64,000 nucleotides of DNA, from NCBI GenBank assembly GCA_001875425.1, contig MIYU01000001.1, positions 129,804-193,803 of the forward strand, written 5' to 3'. Below the pieces are notes generated by a model that made no database searches, had not been told where the DNA came from, and saw nothing but the letters and a program-made list of their open reading frames with translations. Made by a program: the position numbers and the translations under genes. Source of the stretch: Marine Group III euryarchaeote CG-Bathy1. Its GTDB lineage: Archaea > Thermoplasmatota > Poseidoniia > MGIII > CG-Epi1. Positions 37,542-48,178 of this stretch are shown one piece after another (the first letter of the stretch is position 1; every line of letters begins with the position of its first letter).

Positions 37542-38318
37542 CTAAGGTCTTCTTTCAATCCACGATTCATCATACTTCTCTATTGATTCTATTATTTCCT
37601 TTGCTACATCTTCAACTTCTTTATTCGTTGTATTGATTATTACATCATATCCTTCAACATCTCTATAATCGAATCCATAAAGTTTGTGATACCTCTCTCT
37701 GTCATCTTCATCTCTATTTTGATTGTCAATAAATGCCTTCATTACGCTCTTAGTGTTCGGTATATCGAGTTTATCTATTTCTTTCGCTACATCTTCTAAA
37801 TTTTCAAAATCTTCTTCAGGCAATTTTTCCTTCACAAATAGGTAATCTTCTTTCGTAGTTTCTCTTTTCAAAAAGCGCAAAGCCTGTTCTCGGACACTAC
37901 ATCCAAGATATATTCTTACAAGCCCTTCTTTACCTAGACTTTCCATGAATCCTCCCATGAATGCAGGTTGTCGCCCTTCTATAACTGCTAAATCAACATC
38001 CAATCCCATTCCACCTATCATTTTACAAGTAGAGTAGTCAATCTGTACATCAATTCCCCGTTCCTTTTTTAGAAGTCTAGCTTGCTCTGCAACACTCACT
38101 CCCCTTCTTTTGGCTTCTTCTCTGAATAAAGTTCCAACTGATAAATTTTTTCCATTATATTTTTCTGATAATCTTTTTGCTTGAGTAGATTTGCCAGTTA
38201 ATTGGTCTCCAGCAATCAATATCATTGGTTTTTTTGTAATAGTCTCTTTCAATTTATCAATAGAATTTTCACCGATATATTCTTTGAATGCCTTTTCAAT
38301 TCCTTCTATGTAATTCAT
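37542..38318 (-). CDS. P-loop kinase-like protein (cytidylate kinase-like family)
   Basis: Walker A 'IAGDQLTGKST' with a small nucleotide-kinase-like layout. The specific function is not resolved. Confidence 0.5.
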   Translation of the reverse strand: MNYIEGIEKAFKEYIGENSIDKLKETITKKPMILIAGDQLTGKSTQAKRLSEKYNGKNLSVGTLFREEAKRRGVSVAEQARLLKKERGIDVQIDYSTCKMIGGMGLDVDLAVIEGRQPAFMGGFMESLGKEGLVRIYLGCSVREQALRFLKRETTKEDYLFVKEKLPEEDFENLEDVAKEIDKLDIPNTKSVMKAFIDNQNRDEDDRERYHKLYGFDYRDVEGYDVIINTTNKEVEDVAKEIIESIEKYDESWIERRP

Positions 38319-38324
38319 ACTATA

Positions 38325-39395
38325 TCAACAGCTAAACTGATTTGCAGTTTTATCAGGGATTGGGCTTCCAAAATCAATTTTCCGTCCTTCCCAATCTTTC
38401 TTTGCTATTAAAACAACTCTACTATTTTCAGCTTCATCTATAATTTTCCAACCCAATTCTTTTGCTATTTTTTTAGCAAATATTCGGACCTCTCCATGGT
38501 CGAGCATATTGCTTTTACTCAATCGTTCTCTTGCCGGTCCTAAGTGCATATACGATTTCACTTCAATCATCGTATCTTCTCCACTTCTTCGAATTAAATC
38601 GGCATATCCTTTAGCATCAAAATCATTCCATTCTCTAACTAACGTCATTCTCAATACCTTTCTCGTTTTTAATTTAGACATAGTTTTCAATGATCCTAAT
38701 ACACGCTCCCAAAAATCCGGTATCAATGGTATGTCAATTTTTTTCCAAGTTTTTTTATCAGGAGCATCCAACGACATGTATAGTTGAGTGGGCAATGCAT
38801 TTTCTTTATCCAATTTCTCCAATACTTCAGGATGTAATCCATTAGTCACTAGGAATGAACTTATCTCTCTTTTATGCAATTCTTTAATCATTTCTGGTAA
38901 TCTTTTGTACAGAGTTGGTTCACCAGTAAGAGAAATGGCAAAATGCCTTACATGTTTCGATTCTTCAAACGTCTGCTGGTCTATCCTTTCATTCCCACCA
39001 AAGCCAGAGAGCTTTTTCAAATGAGCAGTTATAGAATCTTCTATAATATCAATCGGATCATCATTGGCCTCTTCCATCAAATCCTGTTTTCCAGAAAAAA
39101 ACTCATTAGCTTTCCAACAGAATGTACATTTTTGGTCACAAGCCACGGCTGCTGGAGACATCTGTGTGCATTGATGCGATCTTATACCATAGAATTTCTG
39201 TTTGTAACATCCCCCTTCATTTCCTTTCATACTCTTTTTAGTCCACCCACAAATCTCTACTGCAGAATGATTTCCAACTATTGCATAGGATGCCTTTTCA
39301 AGTGCATTTTTGTAATCATCAGTAAATAACTTAGTACTTTCGACACTCTCTATCTTAGGTTTAGATAACAGAGGTTGCTGTGTAGTAGATTTCAT
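38325..39395 (-). CDS. taw1: radical SAM tRNA 4-demethylwyosine synthase (Taw1/TYW1)
   Basis: Contains 'CDQKCTFCWK' (radical SAM cluster) and an upstream Cys-rich auxiliary-cluster region 'EICGWTK..C'. 'AISLTGEPTLY' is also present. Confidence 0.85.
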   Translation of the reverse strand: MKSTTQQPLLSKPKIESVESTKLFTDDYKNALEKASYAIVGNHSAVEICGWTKKSMKGNEGGCYKQKFYGIRSHQCTQMSPAAVACDQKCTFCWKANEFFSGKQDLMEEANDDPIDIIEDSITAHLKKLSGFGGNERIDQQTFEESKHVRHFAISLTGEPTLYKRLPEMIKELHKREISSFLVTNGLHPEVLEKLDKENALPTQLYMSLDAPDKKTWKKIDIPLIPDFWERVLGSLKTMSKLKTRKVLRMTLVREWNDFDAKGYADLIRRSGEDTMIEVKSYMHLGPARERLSKSNMLDHGEVRIFAKKIAKELGWKIIDEAENSRVVLIAKKDWEGRKIDFGSPIPDKTANQFSC

Positions 39396-40126
39396 ACCGT
39401 TTGAACCTCATTTATATTTTCAATAATCCAGGTCGTCATAGTTATATTAATTTCATAATCTAACGTATCATCTTCTCCTGGAAAAATTGCATTACTATCA
39501 TCATATACGACTTCAACAAAAATATATTCACCATCTATCTCTAATTGAAATAGAAAATCTTCTTGACTGTCTGCAGACATTGTAATGTTTCCAGCACTCG
39601 TCAGATTATTAATCATGTAATCGTATTGCCATGTGTGTTCGTAGGAGCTTTGAGTATCGGTATAGAGGTCAACTCCTTCGCTACCATTAGCTATCCGTAT
39701 AGATACGGTCGGTTCCGTTTGATCCGTAATTGAAGGACTTTCAAAATAGAATTGAACACTAATCATTCCGATATTTCTTATTCCCTTCAAATCACTACCC
39801 ATCGAATCTTGCATTACATCAAATGTCAAACTCTGTCCTTCATCAAAGAAACCACTTCCACTTAGTATTTGTTCTTGAGTCGAATTTATTTGAGCAATAT
39901 ATGCATTCACCCCGCCTATGGCTGTAGAATCTGTACTACTCGCTGCATACTTAAAAGACATCGAAAGAACTAATATTATAACAGTAAAACCAACAATCCC
40001 AGAGACCAATCTCCCGGTAACGGTGAATTCCGTATTCATTACCGGCAATGCGATTTTTCTAATCTCACGCTCGTTAAATCTTTCGAATTCAACATACTTA
40101 CGAGATACTGTTTCGAGTACTGCCAC
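39392..40126 (-). CDS. hypothetical membrane-anchored protein
   Basis: One N-terminal TM helix 'LVSGIVGFTVIILVLSMSF' followed by a Ser/Thr/Asp-rich ectodomain. ATGA overlap with taw1. Confidence 0.4.
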   Translation of the reverse strand: MAVLETVSRKYVEFERFNEREIRKIALPVMNTEFTVTGRLVSGIVGFTVIILVLSMSFKYAASSTDSTAIGGVNAYIAQINSTQEQILSGSGFFDEGQSLTFDVMQDSMGSDLKGIRNIGMISVQFYFESPSITDQTEPTVSIRIANGSEGVDLYTDTQSSYEHTWQYDYMINNLTSAGNITMSADSQEDFLFQLEIDGEYIFVEVVYDDSNAIFPGEDDTLDYEINITMTTWIIENINEVQTV

Positions 40127-40158
40127 AAATAGTCAGTTTGGCTGTTTTATTTATGGCT

Positions 40159-43100
40159 TTACGAACAACCAGTTGTTGCACCACAACCCAAACATTTGAA
40201 GCAACTACCATTAGGAACTAGTTTGAATTGTCCACATTCTGGGCAAGGATCTCCCGAGTATCCCATCTTAATTGCTTCACTCGCACTTTCATTCCCACCT
40301 CGAACATCCGTTGAAACAATATTAACATTCTCTAAGTCTGTTGTATCATATATTGTATCACTTGTTCCAACATCATCTAAGGTCATCTGTATCTCATGAT
40401 TGTCTGTGGTTTCAGATCTAGGTGTTAATTTATTTCGACTTGCTTGTTCATTTTTCTCTTCGGATTCGGTCCGCAAAGCATCATGCATTAAATCTTCCGG
40501 CGTAACTTGATGGCCCAATTCTGTTCGTCCTAAGTAATTTATGGCTAAATCTCTGAATAAATAATCTATAACACTGGTGGTCATTTTTATTCTTTCATTT
40601 CCAACAATCGGTCCATTAGGTTCAAATCTAGTAAATACAAATGCATCTACAAATTCTTCTAGAGGTACTCCATGCTGAAGCCCAAGACTAATCGCTATAG
40701 CAAAACTATTCATTAACGATCTGAAAGCTGCTCCTTCTTTATGCATGTTAATGAATATCTCACCTAGCGTTCCATCTTCATATTCTCCAGTGTGTAAGAA
40801 TATGGTATGGCCTGCTATCTTAGCTTTTTGAATATAGCCTCCTCTCTTGTTGGGCATTCTTCTTCTCTGTGCTATATATCTGGTTATGATTTTCTTAGCA
40901 GCTAATTTTGCATTTGCCATAGGAAGTGCTTCAGATAGCATTTCTGCCGCAGCTCCAGCCGTCATCATTCCTTCAGGAATCATCATCTCTTCATCTTCTT
41001 CCATTTCTATCGCAGATGCGATTTCAAGTAATGCTCCAGACATCAAAGGCTGACTCAGTTTACTTGCGTCTCTGTATACTGCCATGGCCTTGTTCATTAA
41101 TTTCCATGATAATTCATAAACTTCTTCTATATCTTCTACAAGAACTTCATGCGGCATGTTTATTGTTTTTGATATTGCTCCACTTATGAATGGTTGAGCT
41201 GCTGCCATCATTCGAACATGAGCCTTATAATCTATAGATCTCTTTCCATATTTTCCGCATTTATTGGCACAATCAAATACTGCAAGATGCTCCTCTTTGA
41301 TATGGGGTGCATTTTCTATTGTAAGTTTACCAAAAATATGATTCTCCGCTTCTTCTATCTGTTGCTCTGAAAAACCCATATGTTTCAGTAATACAAACAT
41401 GGGATCATTCATCTGTTCATCCGTAAGTTTCAAATTATTTTTACAGAATTCGTCACCTATATTGAGAGGTGTAAACAACATTTTCATCGAAGTTAAACTA
41501 GCAACGCGCCCTTCTAGTTCAGATAATACTTTTTCTGTAAATCCATAATTCATTAATGTTTCATTATTGATGTGCGGTGCTCCATCAAATTTTCCAGTTC
41601 CTATTATGTATTCTACAATCTCATCTCTTTCAGAGTCAGAGTATCCAAGTTTTTTCAATGCCAAAGGGACTGATTGATTTATTATTTTTAGAGACCCGCC
41701 ACCTGCTAATGTTTTAAATTTAATTAAAGCAAAATCAGGTTCTATTCCGGTAGTGTCACAATCCATCACAATGCCTATTGTGCCTGTAGGTGCAATCACA
41801 GTTGCTTGAGCATTTCTATATCCATGTTCTTCTCCCATTTCTAATGCAGAGTCCCAAGCTTTTTTGGCTGCTTTTACTAAATATTCTGGACAACTGTCTG
41901 GATTTATTCCCTGAGGCGTTATAGTCAATTCTTCATATTTTTCTGGTTTTTTATTATATGCAGCTCTGCGATGATTTCTAATTACTTTTAACATTTCATT
42001 CTTATTATAATCATATCTTTCAAACGGACCTATAACTCCTGCTATCTCGGCACTCGTTGCATAACTTATACCTCCCAATATTGCAGTAAGGGATCCACAT
42101 ATCGCATAAGCTCGAGGATCATCATATGGTATTCCCATTCTCATTAAGAGAGATCCAATATTCGCATATCCCAACCCTAGTGTTCGATATTCATAGCTAA
42201 GGCGCGCTATTGCTTCACTCGGGAATTGAGCCATTAATACGGATATTTCTAGAACTACAGTCCATATTCTTACAGCGTGCTCATAAGCTTCTACATCGAA
42301 CGTTTCTGTTTTTTCATCATAAAAACTTCCTAGATTCAAACTTGCTAAATTACATGCAGTATCATCTAAGAACATATATTCAGAACATGGATTACTGCCT
42401 CTTATTTTTCCATCCTTCGGGCAAGTATGCCATTCATTTATTGTTGAATGATATTGTATTCCTGGATCTGCACACGACCATGCTGCCTGAGATATTTTTC
42501 TCCACAAGTCATTGGCTGGCATGCTTTTACAAGGTTCAGCCACCCGCCCCTCTTTCTCTGCCTTTACCAGTTCAGTTCTCCAATAAAGATTCCACACTCC
42601 ATCTTTGGCAACAGCTTCCATGAATTCATTTGTTACTCTTACTGAATTATTACTATTCTGTCCAGAAACAGTTTGGTAAGCTTCCCCTTCCCATTCAGTT
42701 CCATATGTTTCGAATTCTATAGATGTCCATCCCTGTTCACCCAATTCTAAAACTCTTCCTATCAAACTATTCGGTATATGGGCTTTCATTGCCTTTTTCA
42801 AAGCTTTAGCTAGTTCTGGATTTTCTTTCTGATCCATTCTTTTTTCAGCATCTGGATATGCTTGTATTGCTGCTAACAATTCATTACAATGTTCTTGTAT
42901 GTGTAACGAACCAGAAACTAATCCTGCTACCTTTTCTTCTTCTTTAACTTTCCATTCTATGAATTCTTCTATATCTGGATGGTCCATATCTAAACTAACC
43001 ATTTTTGCTGCACGTCTAGTCGTTCCACCAGATTTGATAGCTCCTGCAGCAGTATCTCCTATTTTTAGAAATGACATTAATCCAGAACTTGTTCCACCAC

Positions 43101-43860
43101 CTGATAGGGCTTCACCTCCACCTCTTATATGTGAAAAATTACTACCTGTTCCAGAACCATATTTGAATAGTCTTGCTTCTCTTGTCCATAAATCCATTAT
43201 CCCACCTTCTTTGACTAAATCATCACTTACAGATTGAATGAAACAAGCATGAGGCTGTGGTCTTTCATATGCATTTTTAGAATTTTCAACTTGACCAGTT
43301 TCTTGATCAACATACAGATGCCCCTGTGCCGGCCCTTCTATTCCATAGGCCCAGTTAAGTCCAGTGTTGAACCATTGTGGTGAATTAGGTGATGCCATTT
43401 GCGCGGCCAACATATAGCATAATTCATCATAGAAAGCCCTCGCATCTTTTTCCGTTTTAAAGTAATCATTTTTCCATCCCCAGTATGTCCACGTTCCAGC
43501 TAATCTTCTAAACAATTCTTTTCCATCAGTTTCTTCCACATATCTTTTTTCTTTTTTAATTTTAGAAAGTGCTTTTTCATCAGGCACACTCTTTGAAAGC
43601 CAAAGGGGCACTCCGCGCTCTTTCGACTTTTTTAGTTTCGCTGCGATTCCCGCCTTTCTAAAATATTTCTGCGATAACACGTTAGCTGCAACACCGCTAA
43701 AATTTTCGGGCAAGTTTACATTTTTCATTTCGAAAGCGCTGCTTCCATCAATATTCAAAATCTCTATATTTCTCTTTTTCCATTTCAATTTTCCAAATGC
43801 TTCTTCCCCCTCATTTGTAAATTTTCTACCTACCTTCAAACCTTCAGAATTCGGCGGCAC
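40159..43860 (-). CDS. nrdJ: adenosylcobalamin-dependent (class II) ribonucleotide reductase, long form with a C-terminal zinc ribbon
   Basis: Contains 'ACFIQSV', '[13 protein letters not shown]', '[21 protein letters not shown]' and 'APTGTIG'. The C-terminal 'CPECG...CFKCLGCG' is a zinc ribbon. GTG start with GGAGGAG 5 nt upstream. Confidence 0.95.
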   Translation of the reverse strand: MPPNSEGLKVGRKFTNEGEEAFGKLKWKKRNIEILNIDGSSAFEMKNVNLPENFSGVAANVLSQKYFRKAGIAAKLKKSKERGVPLWLSKSVPDEKALSKIKKEKRYVEETDGKELFRRLAGTWTYWGWKNDYFKTEKDARAFYDELCYMLAAQMASPNSPQWFNTGLNWAYGIEGPAQGHLYVDQETGQVENSKNAYERPQPHACFIQSVSDDLVKEGGIMDLWTREARLFKYGSGTGSNFSHIRGGGEALSGGGTSSGLMSFLKIGDTAAGAIKSGGTTRRAAKMVSLDMDHPDIEEFIEWKVKEEEKVAGLVSGSLHIQEHCNELLAAIQAYPDAEKRMDQKENPELAKALKKAMKAHIPNSLIGRVLELGEQGWTSIEFETYGTEWEGEAYQTVSGQNSNNSVRVTNEFMEAVAKDGVWNLYWRTELVKAEKEGRVAEPCKSMPANDLWRKISQAAWSCADPGIQYHSTINEWHTCPKDGKIRGSNPCSEYMFLDDTACNLASLNLGSFYDEKTETFDVEAYEHAVRIWTVVLEISVLMAQFPSEAIARLSYEYRTLGLGYANIGSLLMRMGIPYDDPRAYAICGSLTAILGGISYATSAEIAGVIGPFERYDYNKNEMLKVIRNHRRAAYNKKPEKYEELTITPQGINPDSCPEYLVKAAKKAWDSALEMGEEHGYRNAQATVIAPTGTIGIVMDCDTTGIEPDFALIKFKTLAGGGSLKIINQSVPLALKKLGYSDSERDEIVEYIIGTGKFDGAPHINNETLMNYGFTEKVLSELEGRVASLTSMKMLFTPLNIGDEFCKNNLKLTDEQMNDPMFVLLKHMGFSEQQIEEAENHIFGKLTIENAPHIKEEHLAVFDCANKCGKYGKRSIDYKAHVRMMAAAQPFISGAISKTINMPHEVLVEDIEEVYELSWKLMNKAMAVYRDASKLSQPLMSGALLEIASAIEMEEDEEMMIPEGMMTAGAAAEMLSEALPMANAKLAAKKIITRYIAQRRRMPNKRGGYIQKAKIAGHTIFLHTGEYEDGTLGEIFINMHKEGAAFRSLMNSFAIAISLGLQHGVPLEEFVDAFVFTRFEPNGPIVGNERIKMTTSVIDYLFRDLAINYLGRTELGHQVTPEDLMHDALRTESEEKNEQASRNKLTPRSETTDNHEIQMTLDDVGTSDTIYDTTDLENVNIVSTDVRGGNESASEAIKMGYSGDPCPECGQFKLVPNGSCFKCLGCGATTGCS

Positions 43861-44077
43861 ACATGCTCCTCCAGTTTTTCATTATTTCTTTCATAATCGT
43901 CTACCTCGTATCACTTGTTCTCAAATTAGATTTCTTTTTCGCATATTGTAAAATCGAAACCATAGAGTAAATGTGATGTTAGAAACTAGCTTTAAGTGTT
44001 GCATAGGTTTTTAGTTTTTTTACTCAACAATCTTTGTGACGACATGAGTCCTGAATTCGTAAATTGACGTAATTTTT

Positions 44078-44881
44078 CTAAGCAATCCCTATCACTTCAC
44101 GCCAGTCAATTCCAACAGTACGTATTCCTATTTTGCAAACTGGCGGAAAAATTCTTTTGTGTATTGTGCCTTTAATCATCTCTTTTGTTTTCTTAATCTG
44201 TTCTACACTCACTTCCATTTTTTCAATTATTTTTTCATCATCAAACTTCTTTTCTAATCCCATTAAAATCTTATCAAGTTCACTATACTTCATTCCTATT
44301 TCCTGTTCGTCCGTTTGTCCCTCCCACAATTCAGCTGTAGGTTTTCTTTCTATTATATTTTGAGGGACATTCATCTCCTTTGCTAATTGATATACTTGGG
44401 TTTTGTATAGATCTCCAATAGGTAATAAATCTGCACCACCATCTCCCCATTTTGTATAATAGCCTATCAATAATTCAGATTTGTTAGAAGTCCCCACTAC
44501 TAATCTATTAGTTTGATTTGATTTTGCATAAAGTAAAGACATTCTTATCCGTGCTTTTAAATTTCCTATTTCAGATTTATTTTCAAACAGTTTTGTTTGT
44601 TTAATAAAGGTTGAAAGAATAGGTTGTATGTCTATTATTTCAGTTTCAACATTTAGAGCTTTTGCATGTTCTGTAGCCATAGTCGTTGATTCTGTTTCTC
44701 CATCCGGCATAATCATTCCAACTACCTTTTCATTTCCTAATGCATCTGTAACTAATTCTAACACAGTCGCTGAATCTATTCCTCCCGAAAGCCCAATCAC
44801 TACGCCCTCTCTTTCCGCTTCTAAAATTCTAGTTTTTATGAATGAGCGAATTATATTTTGAGTATCTTTTGGAAGATTCAT
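44078..44881 (-). CDS. nadE: NH3-dependent NAD+ synthetase
   Basis: 'GVVIGLSGGIDSATV' is the PP-loop SGGxDS motif. I prefer the ATG at 44881 (MNLPKD..). The ORF-track 5' extension to 45088 overlaps the divergent gene. Confidence 0.9.
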   Translation of the reverse strand: MNLPKDTQNIIRSFIKTRILEAEREGVVIGLSGGIDSATVLELVTDALGNEKVVGMIMPDGETESTTMATEHAKALNVETEIIDIQPILSTFIKQTKLFENKSEIGNLKARIRMSLLYAKSNQTNRLVVGTSNKSELLIGYYTKWGDGGADLLPIGDLYKTQVYQLAKEMNVPQNIIERKPTAELWEGQTDEQEIGMKYSELDKILMGLEKKFDDEKIIEKMEVSVEQIKKTKEMIKGTIHKRIFPPVCKIGIRTVGIDWREVIGIA

Positions 44882-44948
44882 TAAGACCGAATAATCACAT
44901 AGTATAAACAAACAGTGTCTTTTATAGACTGTAAAGCCTGAGACGGAA

Positions 44949-45740
44949 GTGAAGCTGGCCGTTCTACAAGCTGAAGTCCGAAGAGGAGACGTAGTCTCAA
45001 ATTTATCAACTGTAAAAAGATTGATTACAGATTCCAAGGAAGAAATAAATCTTCTAACTTTACCCGAATTATTTGTTACAGGGTACAACCTCAGAGATGG
45101 TTTGAACGACGTGGCAGAAACTATACCTGGAAATGGTCCTGCATTGTCTGGTCTATGTGATTTAGCTGCCTTTCATAATATGTATATAGCTGCAGGAATG
45201 GTAGAAAAATCATCGGGAACTCTATACAATTGTGCAGTTTTAGTTGGGCCTGAGGGATACATAGGACACTATCGTAAACAGTACCTTCCTAATTTCGGTC
45301 CCTTCGAAGAAAAAACCTATTTCGGAGAGGGCGAAGAAATACAAGTCTTCGAAACAGAAATAGGTAAGATAGGAATTCAGGTCTGTTATGATCTTTTCTT
45401 TCCAAGACAATCAACAGCTTTAGCTCGTGGAGGTGCTGAAGTAATATTAAATTTAGCCGCTAGCCCAACAACTTCTCGCCCATTATTTCACAGAGTTCTT
45501 CCCGCTCGAGCAATAGAAACTACATGTTTCTGGGCTTTTGCTAACAACGTCGGCGTTCAAGGTTCTTTGTCTTTTGCAGGTGAATCAACAATATATGATC
45601 CACGTGGAAAAGAGATAGCCACTATTCCAAAATTCGAAGAAGGAATTGCAGTCGCAGATATCTCGTTGGATGATATTTCTACTTTTAGGGATTTGAGACC
45701 GGTGTTAAGAGATGGGGCTTTACGTGAAGAAACTTTATAG
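44949..45740 (+). CDS. carbon-nitrogen hydrolase (nitrilase superfamily)
   Basis: The E-K-C triad contexts are present: 'LPELFVTGY', 'HYRKQYLP', 'QVCYDLFFP'. GTG start. Confidence 0.85.
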   Translation: MKLAVLQAEVRRGDVVSNLSTVKRLITDSKEEINLLTLPELFVTGYNLRDGLNDVAETIPGNGPALSGLCDLAAFHNMYIAAGMVEKSSGTLYNCAVLVGPEGYIGHYRKQYLPNFGPFEEKTYFGEGEEIQVFETEIGKIGIQVCYDLFFPRQSTALARGGAEVILNLAASPTTSRPLFHRVLPARAIETTCFWAFANNVGVQGSLSFAGESTIYDPRGKEIATIPKFEEGIAVADISLDDISTFRDLRPVLRDGALREETL

Positions 45741-46574
45741 ATAAAATTTCATACCTTCTGTACCAATTTCCCATCCCATTTCTATAACTTTTTTGTATTC
45801 TTTCGTTTCCTTGTTTAGGACTGGGTTTGTATGATTAAAATGTACAAATATGATTCTAGGATCGTCTTCCTCACTCATTCCAATTCTTTCTAACGTTTCC
45901 TCAATTGGTGGATGTTTAACATTTTCTTGAGAACGGTGTTTTATTTCTTTATCATTCCAAAACGTTCCATCAATTAGCGCTATATCTATTTCCAAATTTT
46001 TCAACCATTCTTTTATTGATTCATATCCAACAGATTCAAGAGTTTCATTCCAGGTGTCATGATCTGGCATAAACAGTAGTTTGTTTTCCATTCCTTCAAT
46101 TATAAGTGCATGATTATCGCCAAGTTCATCTCTATGCGGTATCTCTACTGGCGTTATTTTGAAGTTTTCATTTCTCACTCCCCAATCGCCAAATACCAAA
46201 TTTTCATTTTCTAGTAGAAGTTTTAATGAAGGTGTTTTTTCTATATTTTTAGAAACCTTTTCTGAGCAATGTAAGGTTGCTCTTGTCGTATTCATCGATT
46301 CAGTTCCAAATTGTCCTAGTCCATCAATATGTCCAAGGTGTACATGCGTTATCCAAACACTTTTCGGTATTTTATTATCAACCAGTGTAAGCTGTTTTCC
46401 AATCATCCTACTAGCTTCTATTAGGTGTAACTCTTCTTCTTCTATAACTCCCAATGATACTGGGGTCCTCCATAGTTCTGATTTAGAGTGTATATCTATA
46501 CAACAATCTAGATTACAACCTGCTTGAGGCCTTCCTCCATCCTGAGCAATACCTAGTAAAACAACCTCAATCAT
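45735..46574 (-). CDS. metallo-beta-lactamase-fold protein, PqqB-like
   Basis: The N-terminus 'LLGIAQDGGRPQAGCNLDCC' resembles PqqB, and 'ITHVHLGHIDGL' is an HxHxDH-like motif. Confidence 0.65.
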   Translation of the reverse strand: MIEVVLLGIAQDGGRPQAGCNLDCCIDIHSKSELWRTPVSLGVIEEEELHLIEASRMIGKQLTLVDNKIPKSVWITHVHLGHIDGLGQFGTESMNTTRATLHCSEKVSKNIEKTPSLKLLLENENLVFGDWGVRNENFKITPVEIPHRDELGDNHALIIEGMENKLLFMPDHDTWNETLESVGYESIKEWLKNLEIDIALIDGTFWNDKEIKHRSQENVKHPPIEETLERIGMSEEDDPRIIFVHFNHTNPVLNKETKEYKKVIEMGWEIGTEGMKFYL

Positions 46575-46827
46575 TTTTTTCCTTTCCCCATTTTTTCTCT
46601 TTAACTAAAGCTACAGCCTCTGCCACTTCCTCAGGACTATTTACTCTATTCCAAATTTTTATTTTACTTATTTTATGCCGTTGTCTACAACCATTACAAC
46701 CATAACTCACCCTTCCTTCAATTTTTATACCCTGTATCTGCATACACTTAGGACAAACAACTATTCCGTACACAATGCCTCCTAAAGGACGGGTACCAAA
46801 GAGTTTTTGTCGGGCCTCTTTCCTCAC
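46567..46827 (-). CDS. small zinc-ribbon protein (DUF1922-like)
   Basis: 'CPKCMQ'...'CNGCRQ' forms a CxxC-x(n)-CxxC pair. The start is ambiguous: GTG at 46827 or in-frame GTG at 46773. The latter leaves a more plausible 61-bp divergent intergenic region with asnS. Confidence 0.45.
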   Translation of the reverse strand: MRKEARQKLFGTRPLGGIVYGIVVCPKCMQIQGIKIEGRVSYGCNGCRQRHKISKIKIWNRVNSPEEVAEAVALVKEKKWGKEKND

Positions 46828-46834
46828 TATTCAG

Positions 46835-48178
46835 ATGACATATCCTGAATTTCCAGATTCAGAAAACTTCACCACAATCGGCGATATCCTAAATGGAGCA
46901 GTAGATGGCAAATCAATTTCCGTAAGAGGTTGGATTTACCGAACACGTTCATCAGGTAAACTTTCTTTCGTAGTTTTACGTGACAGTACTGGAATTATAC
47001 AATCTATAGTTTCCTCTGATTCCGTTTCGGAATCAAGTTTTACTGCTTCGAAAAAAGCTCTAGTCGAATCTTCAGTGTTAGTTACCGGAATACCAATAAA
47101 GGACGAAAGAGCACCCGGTGGTTGGGAACTAAAAGCCTCTAATTTTGAAGTACTCCATTATGCTGATACCTTCCCAATTACTAAAGATCAAAGTGATGAA
47201 CACTTGTTGAACAATAGACATCTCTGGCTCCGAAGTCGTGACATGGTCTCATGTCTCAAAATACGTTCAACAATATTTCAAGCTTTTAGAAATTATTGGA
47301 TTTCTTTGGGTTATTCCGAAGTACAATCTCCAAGTTTTACCACCAGTGCATGCGAAGGAGGCTCCACACTTTTCAACGTTTCTTACGATGATCAAAATGA
47401 AAAATCGGGACAAAAATTTTACGCTCATTTAAGTCAATCTTGGCAACTTTATGCCGAAGCTACGATGTTCGGTTTAGAGAAAATTTTTACCGTCGCTCCA
47501 TCATTCAGAGCAGAAAAATCTAGGACTAGACGCCATCTCACTGAATTCTGGCACGCCGAAGTAGAAGCTGCCTGGACTCATAATCATCAAATGATGGAAT
47601 TAGAAGAAGGAATGATAACTACCATCTTGAATGAAGTATTGTCTAATAATCTTTCCGAATTAGAACACCTCGGTAGGGATGTTTCTCTATTACAAAACGT
47701 CAAAGGACCATTCGAAAAAATGAAATATTCTGATGTAATAGATGAACTCAACTCTTTAGGTTTTGATTTATCTTGGGGGGATGATTTCGGCTACAAAGAA
47801 GAGAAAGCTCTTACAAGTTCTAGAACTCAACCATTATTCATAACTCATTTTCCAAAGGAAAAAGGATTCTATCACCGTCCCGATCCTGCAGATCCTAAAT
47901 CTCTGGTTTGTCATGATTTATTAGCTCCTGAAGGTTACGGAGAAATTATCGGCGGAGGCGAAAGAATTTGGTCCCCTGAGGAATTAGATACTAGAATTCG
48001 AGAAGAAGGTATGGAACCCTCTTCATACGGTTGGTATATGGATTTACGTAAGTATGGCTCCGTTCCTCATTCAGGATTCGGTTTAGGTTTAGATAGATTA
48101 ACTAGTTGGATTTGCGGTGCAGAACATATCAAGAATGTAATTCCATTTCCAAGAACAATGAGACGTACTAATCCTTAA
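46835..48178 (+). CDS. asnS: asparagine--tRNA ligase (archaeal type)
   Basis: 'SFRAEKSRTRRHLTEFWHAEVE', 'LAPEGYGEIIGGGER' and 'YGSVPHSGFGLGLDRL' closely match archaeal AsnRS as I recall it. I prefer the ATG at 46835 over 46775. Confidence 0.85.
   Translation: MTYPEFPDSENFTTIGDILNGAVDGKSISVRGWIYRTRSSGKLSFVVLRDSTGIIQSIVSSDSVSESSFTASKKALVESSVLVTGIPIKDERAPGGWELKASNFEVLHYADTFPITKDQSDEHLLNNRHLWLRSRDMVSCLKIRSTIFQAFRNYWISLGYSEVQSPSFTTSACEGGSTLFNVSYDDQNEKSGQKFYAHLSQSWQLYAEATMFGLEKIFTVAPSFRAEKSRTRRHLTEFWHAEVEAAWTHNHQMMELEEGMITTILNEVLSNNLSELEHLGRDVSLLQNVKGPFEKMKYSDVIDELNSLGFDLSWGDDFGYKEEKALTSSRTQPLFITHFPKEKGFYHRPDPADPKSLVCHDLLAPEGYGEIIGGGERIWSPEELDTRIREEGMEPSSYGWYMDLRKYGSVPHSGFGLGLDRLTSWICGAEHIKNVIPFPRTMRRTNP

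Noticed and set aside
40159-43860. Possible intein in the 1233-aa ribonucleotide reductase
   Set aside because: The RNR motifs follow each other without an intervening Cys/Ser...HN-type splicing block or a homing-endonuclease (LAGLIDADG) segment. The length fits the long NrdJ form with a C-terminal extension and zinc ribbon.
43861-44077. Cobalamin riboswitch upstream of B12-dependent nrdJ
   Set aside because: I could not find a B12-box-like sequence or an obvious multi-stem architecture by eye. It is kept only as an unexplained long leader pending an Infernal scan.
44882-45088. 69-codon N-terminal extension of the nadE ORF
   Set aside because: The extension has no NadE homology and overlaps the divergent C-N hydrolase gene. 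The canonical NadE N-terminus begins at the ATG at 44881.
46775-46834. Longer AsnRS N-terminus starting at the ATG at 46775
   Set aside because: It would overlap the divergent zinc-ribbon ORF and add 20 residues with no counterpart in archaeal AsnRS. The ATG at 46835 gives a conventional N-terminus. I cannot fully exclude the longer form.
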